Shown: positions 25,378-34,743 of the stretch, in pieces | How the letters are laid out: each line of letters begins with the position of its first letter | How positions within the stretch are numbered: the stretch's first letter is position 1 | DNA from: Gammaproteobacteria bacterium | GTDB taxonomy: Bacteria; Pseudomonadota; Gammaproteobacteria; JAABTG01 | Direction of reading: 5' to 3' | DNA length: 38,614 bases | NCBI GenBank assembly: GCA_030066245.1 | Contig: JASJBY010000026.1 | Span: 1 to 38,614 of the forward strand | The notes under the pieces: model-generated | Seen by the model: only the letters and a program-made list of their open reading frames with translations | What the model was told of the DNA's origin: nothing | The model's database searches: none | Position numbers and translations under genes: made by a program

Positions 25378-28074
25378 TTACGCCGCAGGCGTGTGGGGTT
25401 GCTGATTCGCCGACTGATGCGCTCTCAACAGGGCGGCAAACTCGTCGGCGGGGACGGGGCGGCCGTAGAAGAAGCCCTGGAACTCGTCACAGCCCTCCGA
25501 ACGCAGGAATTCACCCTGCAGCTCGTTCTCCACGCCTTCGGCAATAACGGTCAGACCCAGGCTGTGTCCGAGGGCGATCACGGCCCTGGCGATGGCCTCG
25601 TCGTTGGGATCGGAGGGAATATCCCGAACCAGAGACTGGTCGATCTTCAGCTTGTGAACCGGCAGGCGCTTCAGATAGCCCAGCGAGGAATAGCCGCTGC
25701 CAAAGTCGTCAATGGCGAGACTGATGCCCAGCGTGCCGAGTCTGTCGAGGACCTGGACGGCCTGTTCCGGGTGCTTCATGACGAAGCTCTCGGTGATCTC
25801 AAGCTCCAGACTGGATGGTTCGAGCTGCGCTTCCGCAAGCAGCTGTTCCAGCTTGTCGTTGATGAACTCTGGCGTGATTTGCTGGCCGGACAGGTTCACG
25901 GCCAGGCGGATCTTGGGTAAGCCCCATGAGCGCCATTGGCGTGCCTGTCTGCAGGCGGAGCGAAGCACCCACTCGCCGATGGGCCGGATGAGCCCCGTTT
26001 CCTCAGCCAGAGCTATGAACTTCTCCGGAGTGACCAGCCCGAGCTCGTTGTGCCGCCAGCGCAACAGGGCCTCGGCTCCCACGATGCGCCCATCGGCGGC
26101 CGACACCTGGGCCTGAAAGAACAGCTCGAACTCATCGCGCTCCAGGGCGCGTCGGAGGTTGTTCTCCAGGTCAAAGCGTTCCCGAACGATAGCCGTGAGC
26201 TCAGGCGTGTAGTAGGCGTAGCCGTTGCTGCCAAGCTCCTTGGCCCTATACATGGCCGCGTCCGCATTCCGGAGCAGCGTGTCTCCCTCTTCACCGTCAT
26301 TTGGGTACAGGCTGATGCCAATGCTCGCCGTTACGGTGACTTCGTGTCCCGTCAGCGCGAAAGGTTGCTGCAGGGCCTCCAGGATCTTCTCGGCCACGGC
26401 GCCCGCATCCCGGGCGTCTGCAAGGCTCTGCAGGATCACAATGAACTCGTCGCCGCCCAGTCGGGCCACCGTGTCCTGTTGGCGAATGCAGCTGCGTAGC
26501 CGATGAGCCGCCTGGGTCAGCAGCTCGTCTCCCAGGGCATGTCCCAGGGAGTCGTTGACGTTCTTGAAACGGTCCAGGTCCAGGAACAGAAGCCCGATGG
26601 TGGCGGGGATACGCCTCGCCTGCTGCAGCGCGTGTTCCAGCCTGGCGCTGAACAGCAGGCGGTTGGGCAGCCCGGTCAGTGGATCGTGGTGGGCAAGATG
26701 CAGGAGCTGTCGCTCTGACTCCTTCATGGTCGTGATGTCGGCGAACACGCCCACGTAGTTGATCACTTCACCCTGCTCGTTGGTGACGGGGCTGATGCTC
26801 AGCCATTCGGGGTACACTTCGCCGTTCTTGCGTCGATTCCAGATCTCACCCTGCCACTGTCCGGCGCTGCGAAGCGTCGCCCACATGGCCTGGTAGAACG
26901 TGCTGTCGTGCCGACCCGAGTGCAGCAGCGAGGGCTTCTCGCCCGCTACTTCCTCCCGAGAGTAACCCGTGATTTTGCAGAATGCGCGGTTGACATCCAG
27001 GATGTGGCCGAAGGGATCCGTGATGATGACACCCTCGGACGTGTTCTCGAACGCGGCAGCCCACTGAGACAAGCGCTGTTCGGCCAAGCGGTTCTCGGTT
27101 ATGTCCAGAATGATGCCGTTCCACGTATAGCGAGCCCCGGCACCCGAGCGGTCGAGAGCGGCGCTCATTCGTACCCACCGGATCTCCCCGTCGGCGCGTC
27201 TCAAACGGAACTCGTGGCTCCAGGCGTGCCCGTTGGTAGCGGCCCGCCGCAGGCTGGCCCGCACGGCCTGTTTGTCCTGCTCCAGAACCATGCGCCACAT
27301 CAAGGAGTGGTCGTGCCGGAGCTTGCGGATGGGCATGCCCCAGAGGGCGCCGGCCCCGTGACTGATGAAGGTGAAGCGGGGCTTGCTCTTCGGGGTCAGG
27401 TGAAACTGGCAGACGGCTCCCGGCACGGCATCGGTGATTCGGTGCAGTCGGGTCTCCAGCGCTTGCAGCACCTCGTCCTGCTGCTTGCGCTGGATCGCGA
27501 TGCCAGCGAGATAGGACGCGGATTCAAGTAGGCGTAGATGAAATGGAGTCGGGCATCTGCACTCGGTAGAAGAGATGGCGAAGGTGCCGACGACTGCTTT
27601 CGACTCGGAGAGAATCGGCACGGACCAGCAGGCGCGCACACCTAGCTCACGGGCAACGTGTTGAAGATTCGACCAACGGGGATCCGTGCGTGTATCCGAA
27701 ACATACACGGCCTCGCCGCAGCAGGCCGCTGTTCCACAGGAGCCAGCGCCAACTCCTGGCACGAGGGCATTGAGCATGGGCAGCGCATCAGCCGGCAAGG
27801 ATGGGGCGGCCTCCACGTTCAGCACGCCCTGGACTCCGTCGAGCAGCATGACAGTAGCCAGGGAGTCGGGCACCATGCGCTCGATCAGCTGGCAAAGCCG
27901 GTCCAACACCTGCCCAAAGCGCCTGTTGAGGGCCATGGCCTCCAGGATCTCACGCTGCAGGCATAGCAGCTCCCCGAGCTGGCTGCGGTCTGTTATCTCA
28001 TCCTTGACCGTCGGCTCGACGGTTGCCTTGAAGTAAAGCCCCTTCGCTTCGCCTGGCTCTGTTTTCTTGTCCAT
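25378..28074 (-). CDS. GAF-PAS-PAS-GGDEF-EAL signalling protein (c-di-GMP turnover)
   Basis: 898 aa. RLGGDEFIVIL (GGDEF) and EALLRW (EAL) are present, together with DDFGSGYSSL and KIDQSLV. The N-terminal part is GAF-like and is followed by two PAS-like segments. Confidence 0.9.
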   Translation of the reverse strand: MDKKTEPGEAKGLYFKATVEPTVKDEITDRSQLGELLCLQREILEAMALNRRFGQVLDRLCQLIERMVPDSLATVMLLDGVQGVLNVEAAPSLPADALPMLNALVPGVGAGSCGTAACCGEAVYVSDTRTDPRWSNLQHVARELGVRACWSVPILSESKAVVGTFAISSTECRCPTPFHLRLLESASYLAGIAIQRKQQDEVLQALETRLHRITDAVPGAVCQFHLTPKSKPRFTFISHGAGALWGMPIRKLRHDHSLMWRMVLEQDKQAVRASLRRAATNGHAWSHEFRLRRADGEIRWVRMSAALDRSGAGARYTWNGIILDITENRLAEQRLSQWAAAFENTSEGVIITDPFGHILDVNRAFCKITGYSREEVAGEKPSLLHSGRHDSTFYQAMWATLRSAGQWQGEIWNRRKNGEVYPEWLSISPVTNEQGEVINYVGVFADITTMKESERQLLHLAHHDPLTGLPNRLLFSARLEHALQQARRIPATIGLLFLDLDRFKNVNDSLGHALGDELLTQAAHRLRSCIRQQDTVARLGGDEFIVILQSLADARDAGAVAEKILEALQQPFALTGHEVTVTASIGISLYPNDGEEGDTLLRNADAAMYRAKELGSNGYAYYTPELTAIVRERFDLENNLRRALERDEFELFFQAQVSAADGRIVGAEALLRWRHNELGLVTPEKFIALAEETGLIRPIGEWVLRSACRQARQWRSWGLPKIRLAVNLSGQQITPEFINDKLEQLLAEAQLEPSSLELEITESFVMKHPEQAVQVLDRLGTLGISLAIDDFGSGYSSLGYLKRLPVHKLKIDQSLVRDIPSDPNDEAIARAVIALGHSLGLTVIAEGVENELQGEFLRSEGCDEFQGFFYGRPVPADEFAALLRAHQSANQQPHTPAA

Positions 28075-28455
28075 GTTCTAGCTCTGTTTCCCTTGTCAAG
28101 CGAAGGCCAAGCTCCCGAACTGCCGCGGCGTTCGGTCTTAAGACATGACTGCTCCGTGATGGAACTTTAGTAATTTGCTCAGTTAAGTCCAGGTCAAGCG
28201 TCCTTTTTCAGGATAGGATTGGGGTCTTTTCAGCGGGGACGAAGAGCGGGCCGCCCGCTCCCGCCGGGCCGAGGCCAAGCCTTCCAAAACGACATGGGCA
28301 GTGGCATCATTTGTACCCGGCAGAAAATTGGCGCGGCAGCCGGCCGAGCGCGTTACCCTTCCGTCGTGTCGTCCACCTCCGCAAGGGGCGGTAATCTCTC
28401 CTCCAGGGATGATACGGCCCTCTCGCAAATACAGATATGCAGGAGAAATGCCAGC

Positions 28456-29073
28456 ATGGCAATCAGAGCGCTCTTGTTGCTGGGTTGTTTTGCCTTGACA
28501 GGCCTGGCGCCATCCGCCGTTGCGGCCGCATCCGGGCCGACGGAGCAGGTGCAGGCTACGGTCAACGGAATCCTCGCCATCCTGCGGGACAAGCAGCTCG
28601 ACTGGTATTCGAAACAGACCAGTATCGAGCTGATCATAGACCGGCAGTTCGATTTTCAGACCATTTCCCAAAGCGTGCTGGCAACGAACTGGCAGAAAGC
28701 CACGCCGGCTGAACGCAAGCGTTTCGTCGAGTTCTTCTCCCAGTATCTGCAGCACACTTACACGGAGAAGATGAAACGCTTTTCGAACGAATATGTGCGA
28801 TTCGGCGCGGAGAAAGTGTCCGGTCGGCGGGCAACCGTGGAGACCTTTATCGTAACCGAAAAGGCCGACATTCCCGTAACCTACAAGCTACGGCAAAGCG
28901 AAGGAAAGTGGTTCGCCTACGACGTGGTAATCGAGGGGGTAAGCCTGGTCAGAAACTACCGCGACACTTACGCTTCCATCGTCAAGAGCGAGGGCATCGG
29001 CGGTCTTCTTCAAAACCTGGAGTCCTCCATCGAGAAGTACAAGCGGCAGCGCGACACCGGCCGATCGCGCTGA
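28456..29073 (+). CDS. MlaC/Ttg2D-family periplasmic lipid-binding protein (orphan)
   Basis: Start placed at the ATG at 28456, behind AGGAG. Signal peptide MAIRALLLLGCFALTGLAPSAVAA. Conserved blocks FDFQTISQSVL...W, F..FSQYL..TY and WFAYDVVIEGVSLV are typical of MlaC. No mlaFEDB genes lie adjacent. Confidence 0.8.
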   Translation: MAIRALLLLGCFALTGLAPSAVAAASGPTEQVQATVNGILAILRDKQLDWYSKQTSIELIIDRQFDFQTISQSVLATNWQKATPAERKRFVEFFSQYLQHTYTEKMKRFSNEYVRFGAEKVSGRRATVETFIVTEKADIPVTYKLRQSEGKWFAYDVVIEGVSLVRNYRDTYASIVKSEGIGGLLQNLESSIEKYKRQRDTGRSR

Positions 29074-29096
29074 CCGCGGGCGCGTCGCCGGGGGCG

Positions 29097-29960
29097 TCAG
29101 ACGAAGACCACCGTCTTGTTACCGTGAACAATGATCCGGTCCTCCAGGTGCCATTTCACGGCCCTGGCGAGAACGGTTCGTTCGATGTCCCGGCCGAGCT
29201 CCCGCAGTTCATCTACGGTGTTGCGGTGGGATACCCGGATGACATCCTGCTCGATAATGGGCCCCTGGTCCAGGTCGCTTGTTACATAGTGTGCCGTTGC
29301 GCCGATCAGCTTTACCCCCCGTTCGCAGGCCTGCTGGTATGGGTTGGCACCCACGAACGCGGGCAGAAAAGAGTGGTGGATGTTGATGATCCGGTTCGCA
29401 TACTGGTCCACGAACTCTGCCGACAGTATCTGCATGTATCTCGCTAGGACAACGACGTCGGTCTGGCCCTCCAAGAGCCGCAGGATGTGGGCTTCGGCTT
29501 CCGGTTTAGTCTCGGGGGAGAACGGAACGTGCTCGTAAGGTACGCCGAAAGACCTCACCGGGTCTTCCAGGTCCGGATGATTGCTGATGACCTGAGTGAC
29601 CTCCGCATCAAGCTCCCTGCGTGACCATCGCCAAAGGATTTCCAGCAGGCCGTGGTCGTACTTGGATACGAGAATGGCCATCTTTTTGCGTTCAGCCGCG
29701 TAGCTGATGCACCAGTCCATCCCGTAGCGTTGTGCAACTCTCTGGTCGAAAGACCGTTCCAGGGCTTCTCGCGAGACGTCCAGGTGCGGTGTCTGAAACT
29801 CCAGGCGCATGAAGAAAGTACCGCCCTCCGGATCGGTAGAATGCTGGTCGAGAGCGGTGATGTTGCACCCGTGGTTGTAGAGGAGATTGGAAACCGCTGC
29901 GACGATCCCCGGTCGGTCCGGACAAGTGATCAGCAGTCTCGCCGTGGTATCGGGTTTCAT
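29097..29960 (-). CDS. purU: formyltetrahydrofolate deformylase
   Basis: An ACT-like N-terminus ([19 protein letters not shown]) followed by a formyl-transferase core ([16 protein letters not shown]). I prefer the ATG at 29960 over the TTG at 29972 used in the ORF track. Confidence 0.9.
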   Translation of the reverse strand: MKPDTTARLLITCPDRPGIVAAVSNLLYNHGCNITALDQHSTDPEGGTFFMRLEFQTPHLDVSREALERSFDQRVAQRYGMDWCISYAAERKKMAILVSKYDHGLLEILWRWSRRELDAEVTQVISNHPDLEDPVRSFGVPYEHVPFSPETKPEAEAHILRLLEGQTDVVVLARYMQILSAEFVDQYANRIINIHHSFLPAFVGANPYQQACERGVKLIGATAHYVTSDLDQGPIIEQDVIRVSHRNTVDELRELGRDIERTVLARAVKWHLEDRIIVHGNKTVVFV

Positions 29961-30209
29961 GGTACTAAACAATAAGATGCTGACTTATCCGGTCGCGGGG
30001 ACGGGGGCGCTTGAGGCGCCCTGCATCTGTTACACTGGTAGCCGACGGCCTGTGCTCAGGTCCGTGTCGCGCGACCCGCACCCCCACCGCAGGCGGTCGG
30101 TTCGAACGGGCTCGAGAATCGGTTTCGGGTATTATTGCAGAACAATGAGAAAGCCGCCCGTCTGCCGTGGCCGGCCGCGCCTCAAGCACCTGCCGTGGAG
30201 GGGAGAGTC

Positions 30210-31166
30210 ATGCGCCTGATATCAATATTCGCCTTGGTCAGCCTGGGTGTGGCAGTGAGCGTGCCTGCCTCAGCCGCCCCAAGCGCGAACGGCTGGGGGC
30301 CGGGCCCAATGGCAGCCGGTGACTGGCGAAACGCCGGCAGGCCATGGATGCACAGGAGCTATGGCCATCCCGGTATGTACCCCTCACCCTACGGACCGCC
30401 TCGCTACGGGCCGGCCCCGCACCATCGGCGAGGCCACGGGCAGCGGGGCTTCATGCGGCCGAACTATCCGAGCGGGGTCCAGCCGCCCTCCACGTCCGGT
30501 CATGGCGCAGGGGACATCTGGGCTCCGGACGTGGGCGGGCCCGTCTACCAGGGCTTCCAAACGCCACCGCCCGCTGCGGCCGAAGCCGATACAGTGAGCG
30601 GAACGCCGCCCTCTGGTCCGGTGCCGGCTGCTTCGCCCGGACCCCGGCCCGGTGGTGCAGCACCCGCATCTGAGGCACAGACGGATACCATGCCGGAAAC
30701 GACTGCACTGCAGACCCCGTCCGGGCCTGCGGCAGAGGCAGTCGCGCCGCCGGTCCAGATACCCGCAGTGGTCGAAGGCGGCGTGCCGGCGCCGGCGGCG
30801 CCTTCTGCACCTCCACTGACAGAGCCGAGCCCCATCGCGCCCGATCAGCCGCCGCAACCGGCCGACGAGACGGGCCAGGCGGCGGCTGCGGTGACCGAGA
30901 CGGAGCCAGCTGCCTCCCCGACGCCTCCGCCGTCGGCAGCTGAGTCGGCAGCCACGGCTGCCGCTGGGGGGGCCGTCGAAGTACCATCCGGGGCTGCGAC
31001 CGAGGTGCGCGAGGGGACGGCTGGCGGCGGGGGTGTTGCACCGCCCGGCACGGTGACAGGACAGCCACCAGCCGCCGACTCGGGAGCGCCGGCGGCGGAA
31101 GCGCCTGCCGAGCAGCGAAGGTCGCTGGTGCAGCGCTGGCTCTCGCCGAAGCCGGGTATCCGTTAG
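30210..31166 (+). CDS. secreted low-complexity protein: Gly/Pro/aromatic N-terminal part and an acidic Pro/Ala/Thr-rich tail
   Basis: ATG at 30210 behind GGAGGGGAGAG. Signal peptide MRLISIFALVSLGVAVSVPASA. No recognisable domain. High GC makes a spurious ORF possible, but the signal peptide and RBS support a real gene. Confidence 0.55.
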   Translation: MRLISIFALVSLGVAVSVPASAAPSANGWGPGPMAAGDWRNAGRPWMHRSYGHPGMYPSPYGPPRYGPAPHHRRGHGQRGFMRPNYPSGVQPPSTSGHGAGDIWAPDVGGPVYQGFQTPPPAAAEADTVSGTPPSGPVPAASPGPRPGGAAPASEAQTDTMPETTALQTPSGPAAEAVAPPVQIPAVVEGGVPAPAAPSAPPLTEPSPIAPDQPPQPADETGQAAAAVTETEPAASPTPPPSAAESAATAAAGGAVEVPSGAATEVREGTAGGGGVAPPGTVTGQPPAADSGAPAAEAPAEQRRSLVQRWLSPKPGIR

Positions 31167-31301
31167 GTCCGGCCGGCAGCAGGTCTAGGGGAAAATGCTT
31201 TCAGGCGCGCGGGTTCGGGCGACGGCGCGCCGAGAGGTGGCGGTCCCTGAGCGGGCCGTGACAGGTGACGGATGCCTCCGCCCGGGGCGGGCCGATAGGC
31301 T

Positions 31302-32579
31302 ATGCTAATCGAAATAATCATTCTGCTCGTGCTATTCGTGCTCTCGGGGTTCTTCTCGGGCTCCGAGACGGCACTGACTACCGTCAGCAAGGCGCGCGTC
31401 AGCGCCTACCTATCGCAAGGGCGCACCGGCGCCAAGGCGCTGGATAAGCTGAAGTCCAACACCAACCGGATGCTGGTGGCCATCCTCATCGGCAACAATC
31501 TGGTCAATATCGCTGCGTCGGCCATGGCCACAGTCATCGCCACCAACATGTACGGCGACGTGGGAGCGGGCCTGGCCGTTGGTGTGCTGACGATTATCAT
31601 CCTGGTCTTCGGTGAGGTGACGCCCAAGACTTTCGCGGCGCGCCACGCGGGCCCCATCTCCTTGTTCGTCTCGACACCGCTGCGGCTATTTTCCATCGTG
31701 GCGATGCCGCTGGTCTGGGTTCTCGAGCAGCTCACGGTGCTGCTTCACCGCCTGTCCCGGGCCAGGACCGAGCCGACGGTCACCGAGTCGGAACTCATTC
31801 ACATGTCCGAGCATGGCGCGCTGGAGGGTACCATCGAGGTCGACGAACACAAGATGATCAAACGGATCTTCGCCTTCGACGATCTGCTGGCCCAGGACGT
31901 AATGATTCCGCGGGGTCAGGTGTTCTTCCTGGATGGTGACCGCAGTATCCGGGACTCGCTGCCGGAAATTCTGGCGAATCCCTACATGCGCCTTCCTCTG
32001 ACCTCGGGAAACGAGGATGAGATCACCCATCTGGCCTATCTCCGGGAAGTGCTCCAGGCGGTGGTCAACGGCGAGCTCGACAAGCCGCTTAAGGACGTGG
32101 GGAGCGCCCAGCCCCTCTACGTTCCGGTCAACCAGCCAATCGAGGAGCTGTTTTCCACTCTTCGACAAGACTCGAGCCGGCTGGTGGTAGTCGTCAACGA
32201 GTATGGCGCCATGGAGGGTGTGTTTACCCTGGAGGACATGCTCGAGGAGCTGGTTGGTGAGATTCACGATGAGCTCGACAGACCCCCGCACCAGACCAGA
32301 GAGGTTCACGAAGGCGAGCTGCTGGTGGAGGGTACCCAGGAGCTTCGGGTGGTGGAAGATTTCCTCGGAGTCGATCTCATGGGTAAGGCCACCGATCCCG
32401 TGAGCCTGTGGATACTGAATCACACCGAGTACATTCCTTCGGTCGGCGAACGCTTCACCATCGACGGCTTGGATGTGGTGGTGGAGAAGGCCTCGCGGCG
32501 CCATGTGAAGCAGGTGCGTATCACACGGAGCGGCGGCAATATCAGAATCGAAGCACTGGAGGACGAGGAGTCATCCTAA
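31302..32579 (+). CDS. CNNM/HlyC-CorC family transporter (DUF21 + CBS pair + CorC_HlyC)
   Basis: N-terminus IIILLVLFVLSGFFSGSETALT (DUF21), CBS-like middle region, and a C-terminal transporter-associated domain. Confidence 0.85.
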   Translation: MLIEIIILLVLFVLSGFFSGSETALTTVSKARVSAYLSQGRTGAKALDKLKSNTNRMLVAILIGNNLVNIAASAMATVIATNMYGDVGAGLAVGVLTIIILVFGEVTPKTFAARHAGPISLFVSTPLRLFSIVAMPLVWVLEQLTVLLHRLSRARTEPTVTESELIHMSEHGALEGTIEVDEHKMIKRIFAFDDLLAQDVMIPRGQVFFLDGDRSIRDSLPEILANPYMRLPLTSGNEDEITHLAYLREVLQAVVNGELDKPLKDVGSAQPLYVPVNQPIEELFSTLRQDSSRLVVVVNEYGAMEGVFTLEDMLEELVGEIHDELDRPPHQTREVHEGELLVEGTQELRVVEDFLGVDLMGKATDPVSLWILNHTEYIPSVGERFTIDGLDVVVEKASRRHVKQVRITRSGGNIRIEALEDEESS

Positions 32580-32649
32580 ACATAGCTTCTCGGAAATATC
32601 GATCAAAAAACGGCGATACAGTTGGTGTCGGATCCGGCCGGGGCGTTGG

Positions 32650-32696
32650 CTCCGCTAAATCTCGCCAGGCGTTCCATCGCCTGGCGAGAAGCGGAG
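32650..32696. repeat. long perfect hairpin: 7 + 12 bp stems and a 6-nt loop
   Basis: CTCCGCT-aaa-TCTCGCCAGGCG-ttccat-CGCCTGGCGAGA-AGCGGAG, about 70 nt downstream of the transporter stop. No U-tract follows. Confidence 0.7.
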
Positions 32697-32939
32697 TTGC
32701 CGAGCTTAAGCTCTCCCTGCGCCGCTCGCCATCTACGCCGCTACGCCAACACCCCCACCGGGTCAGCTCGTAGCGTATTTCGAATCAGCCATCTCGCCTG
32801 AAGGAAACACTCAAAACCGGGGGCGGTGCACCCAGGGAGCGGCTGCACGGCAGATGACAGCGGGCCGGTATCAGGCCGGCAAAGGGGAGCCGGTCACGGA
32901 CGGCGGGACGCTACATGCGGTGCACAGACTATCGTTGGT

Positions 32940-33734
32940 ATGCAGCAATATCTTGACTTGATGCGACACGTGCGTGTGCACGGTACCCGCAAGGAGGACC
33001 GTACCGGTACCGGAACCTTGAGCGTGTTCGGCTACCAGATGCGCTTCGATTTGTCGGCGGGGTTCCCAGCGCTGACCACCAAGAAACTGCACCTGCGCTC
33101 CATTATCCACGAGTTGCTCTGGTTTCTGAGTGGCGACACCAACGTGGCCTATCTGCGAGAGAACGGGGTCAGCATATGGGATGAATGGGCGGACGAAAGT
33201 GGTAACCTCGGCCCCATCTATGGCCATCAGTGGCGGTCCTGGCCGGCCCCCGACGGTCGGAGCATTGACCAGGTGCAGCAGGTGCTGGAACAGATCCGTG
33301 AGACGCCCGATTCCCGCCGCATCATCATCTCGGCCTGGAACGTCGGAGAGCTGGATAGGATGGCCTTGCCGCCGTGCCACGCCTTCTTTCAGTTCTATGT
33401 GGCGGATGGGCGACTATCCTGTCAGCTGTACCAGCGCAGCGCCGATATTTTTCTCGGTGTGCCTTTCAATATCGCCTCATATGCCCTGTTGACCATGATG
33501 ATCGCGCAGGTGAGCGGTCTGGTGCCGGGTGATTTCGTTCATACCTTCGGCGATGCCCACCTGTATCTCAACCACCTGCAGCAGGCCGACCTGCAGCTCA
33601 GCCGTGAACCCCGAACGCTGCCCCGGATGCGGCTGAATCCAGACGTCACCTCTTTGTTCGACTTTCGATACGCTGACTTCGAGCTGCTGGACTACGACCC
33701 TCACCCCCACATCCGGGCGCCGGTGGCGGTGTAG
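32940..33734 (+). CDS. thyA: thymidylate synthase
   Basis: [26 protein letters not shown], catalytic-Cys block [12 protein letters not shown], 264 aa. Confidence 0.95.
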   Translation: MQQYLDLMRHVRVHGTRKEDRTGTGTLSVFGYQMRFDLSAGFPALTTKKLHLRSIIHELLWFLSGDTNVAYLRENGVSIWDEWADESGNLGPIYGHQWRSWPAPDGRSIDQVQQVLEQIRETPDSRRIIISAWNVGELDRMALPPCHAFFQFYVADGRLSCQLYQRSADIFLGVPFNIASYALLTMMIAQVSGLVPGDFVHTFGDAHLYLNHLQQADLQLSREPRTLPRMRLNPDVTSLFDFRYADFELLDYDPHPHIRAPVAV

Positions 33735-33738
33735 GGAA

Positions 33739-33862
33739 GGGAATAGTGACTAGTGAATAGTGAGCAGTGACTCGTGAAGCGGGGGAAGCGAAGATGGTAG
33801 ACGGTAGATGGGGGAAGAAAAGCGTAGGGCGTAGGTTGTGGATCGTATGTCGTAGGTCGGGG
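33739..33862 (+). repeat. G-rich, C-poor heptamer-periodic element, copy 1 (starts 5 nt after the thyA stop)
   Basis: Blocks of 7-nt tandem units: (nnGTGAn) x5, GATGGTA/GACGGTA/GATGGGG, and CGTAGGG/CGTAGGT...CGTATGT/CGTAGGT. Only about 15 C in roughly 166 nt by my count. Confidence 0.85.
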
Positions 33863-34009
33863 AAAAGCGGGGGAAATGGGGAGATGGGGGCTTCGTTGGG
33901 CAGAAACGCGGCGACCTGGTTGTGCGTGACTCGATTACAACGGAAAAGCAGAGAGGCTGGCGGCCTGGCTTGACCCAGTCATGGAAGCAATCGTGCCCTC
34001 GCTGACCGC

Positions 34010-34555
34010 ATGCGTATCTCACTGATCGCCGCGATGGACCGGAATCGCCTCATTGGGGCCGAGAACCGTCTGCCGTGGCACCTGCCGGCCGATCTGCAGC
34101 ATTTCAAAGCCTTGACTATGGGTAAGCCCATTATCATGGGCCGCCGCACGTTCGAGTCCCTGGGGCGGCCCCTGCCTGGCCGCCACAATATCGTGATTAC
34201 CCGGGACAGCGCCTTCGGCGCAGAGGCGTGCACCGTGGTGCATTCTGTAGAGCAGGCACTTGCGGCGGCAAGCCGCCACCCGGAGGCGATGGTGATCGGC
34301 GGCGCAGCGCTCTATGGCCAGCTCCTGGCTCGAGCTGAGCGGCTCTACCTCACGCTCGTGGACGGTGAATTCGAAGGGGACGTTTTCTTTCCTGCCCTGG
34401 CGGCAGATGAGTGGCGCGAAATTGAGCGTCAGAACCGCGACGCCGACGTACGCAATCCCTACGCTTTCAGCTTCGTCGTCTTGGAGAGAGTCCGAGATGT
34501 CAGTACCTCGAAAGCCTCGAGCGGCAGCCTTTCAGCTTCCAACCCTGCCTCATGA
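34010..34555 (+). CDS. folA: dihydrofolate reductase
   Basis: ISLIAAMDRNRLIGAENRLPWHLPADLQHFKALTMGKPIIMGRRTFESLG is a classic DHFR N-terminus. The protein is 181 aa and has a Ser-rich C-terminal tail. Confidence 0.9.
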   Translation: MRISLIAAMDRNRLIGAENRLPWHLPADLQHFKALTMGKPIIMGRRTFESLGRPLPGRHNIVITRDSAFGAEACTVVHSVEQALAAASRHPEAMVIGGAALYGQLLARAERLYLTLVDGEFEGDVFFPALAADEWREIERQNRDADVRNPYAFSFVVLERVRDVSTSKASSGSLSASNPAS

Positions 34556-34623
34556 GAATGATCAACCACCGGCAACACGGCGACTTCTCCAGTCAGTTGG
34601 TTATGGCCTCTTCCGAGTGGCTT

Positions 34624-34735
34624 CCCGACCTACGACCTACGCTTTTTCCTCCCCCCATCTACCGTCTACCATCCACGCTTCCCCCGCTTCACGAATTCAC
34701 GAGTCACGAGTCACGCTTCACGACCCACGATTCCC
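34624..34735 (-). repeat. heptamer-periodic element, copy 2, inverted (starts about 9 nt after the apaH stop on the minus strand)
   Basis: Its reverse complement matches copy 1 in exact blocks. 34676-34693 matches 33773-33790 (18 nt). 34652-34673 matches 33793-33814 (22 nt). 34624-34634 matches 33851-33861. Confidence 0.85.
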
Positions 34736-34743
34736 GTCCCCGA

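Noticed and set aside
25378-28074. GAF-PAS-PAS-GGDEF-EAL protein as a novelty
   Set aside because: Both catalytic motifs look intact and the architecture is very common in Proteobacteria. Nothing unusual is visible from the sequence alone.
30099-30106. tRNA-like T-loop motif GGTTCGAA
   Set aside because: The flanking bases do not form a T-stem, and no acceptor or anticodon arms can be drawn. It is not a tRNA.
29975-30140. ZTP (pfl) riboswitch upstream of purU
   Set aside because: I looked for the conserved ACUGGCG ... CCGCCUGGGC elements on the purU strand. I found only a partial CCGCCUGCGG, in the wrong position and order. The region is therefore reported only as an unclassified structured leader.
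33750-34022. ORFs inside the heptamer-periodic elements: 33750-34022 (-), 33767-33973 (+) and 34552-34782 (+), whose translations share PIYRLPS.LPPLHE
   Set aside because: The shared peptide is a by-product of the inverted DNA repeat. The 7-nt periodicity, stop codons in all frames on the G-rich strand, and the lack of RBS argue against coding.
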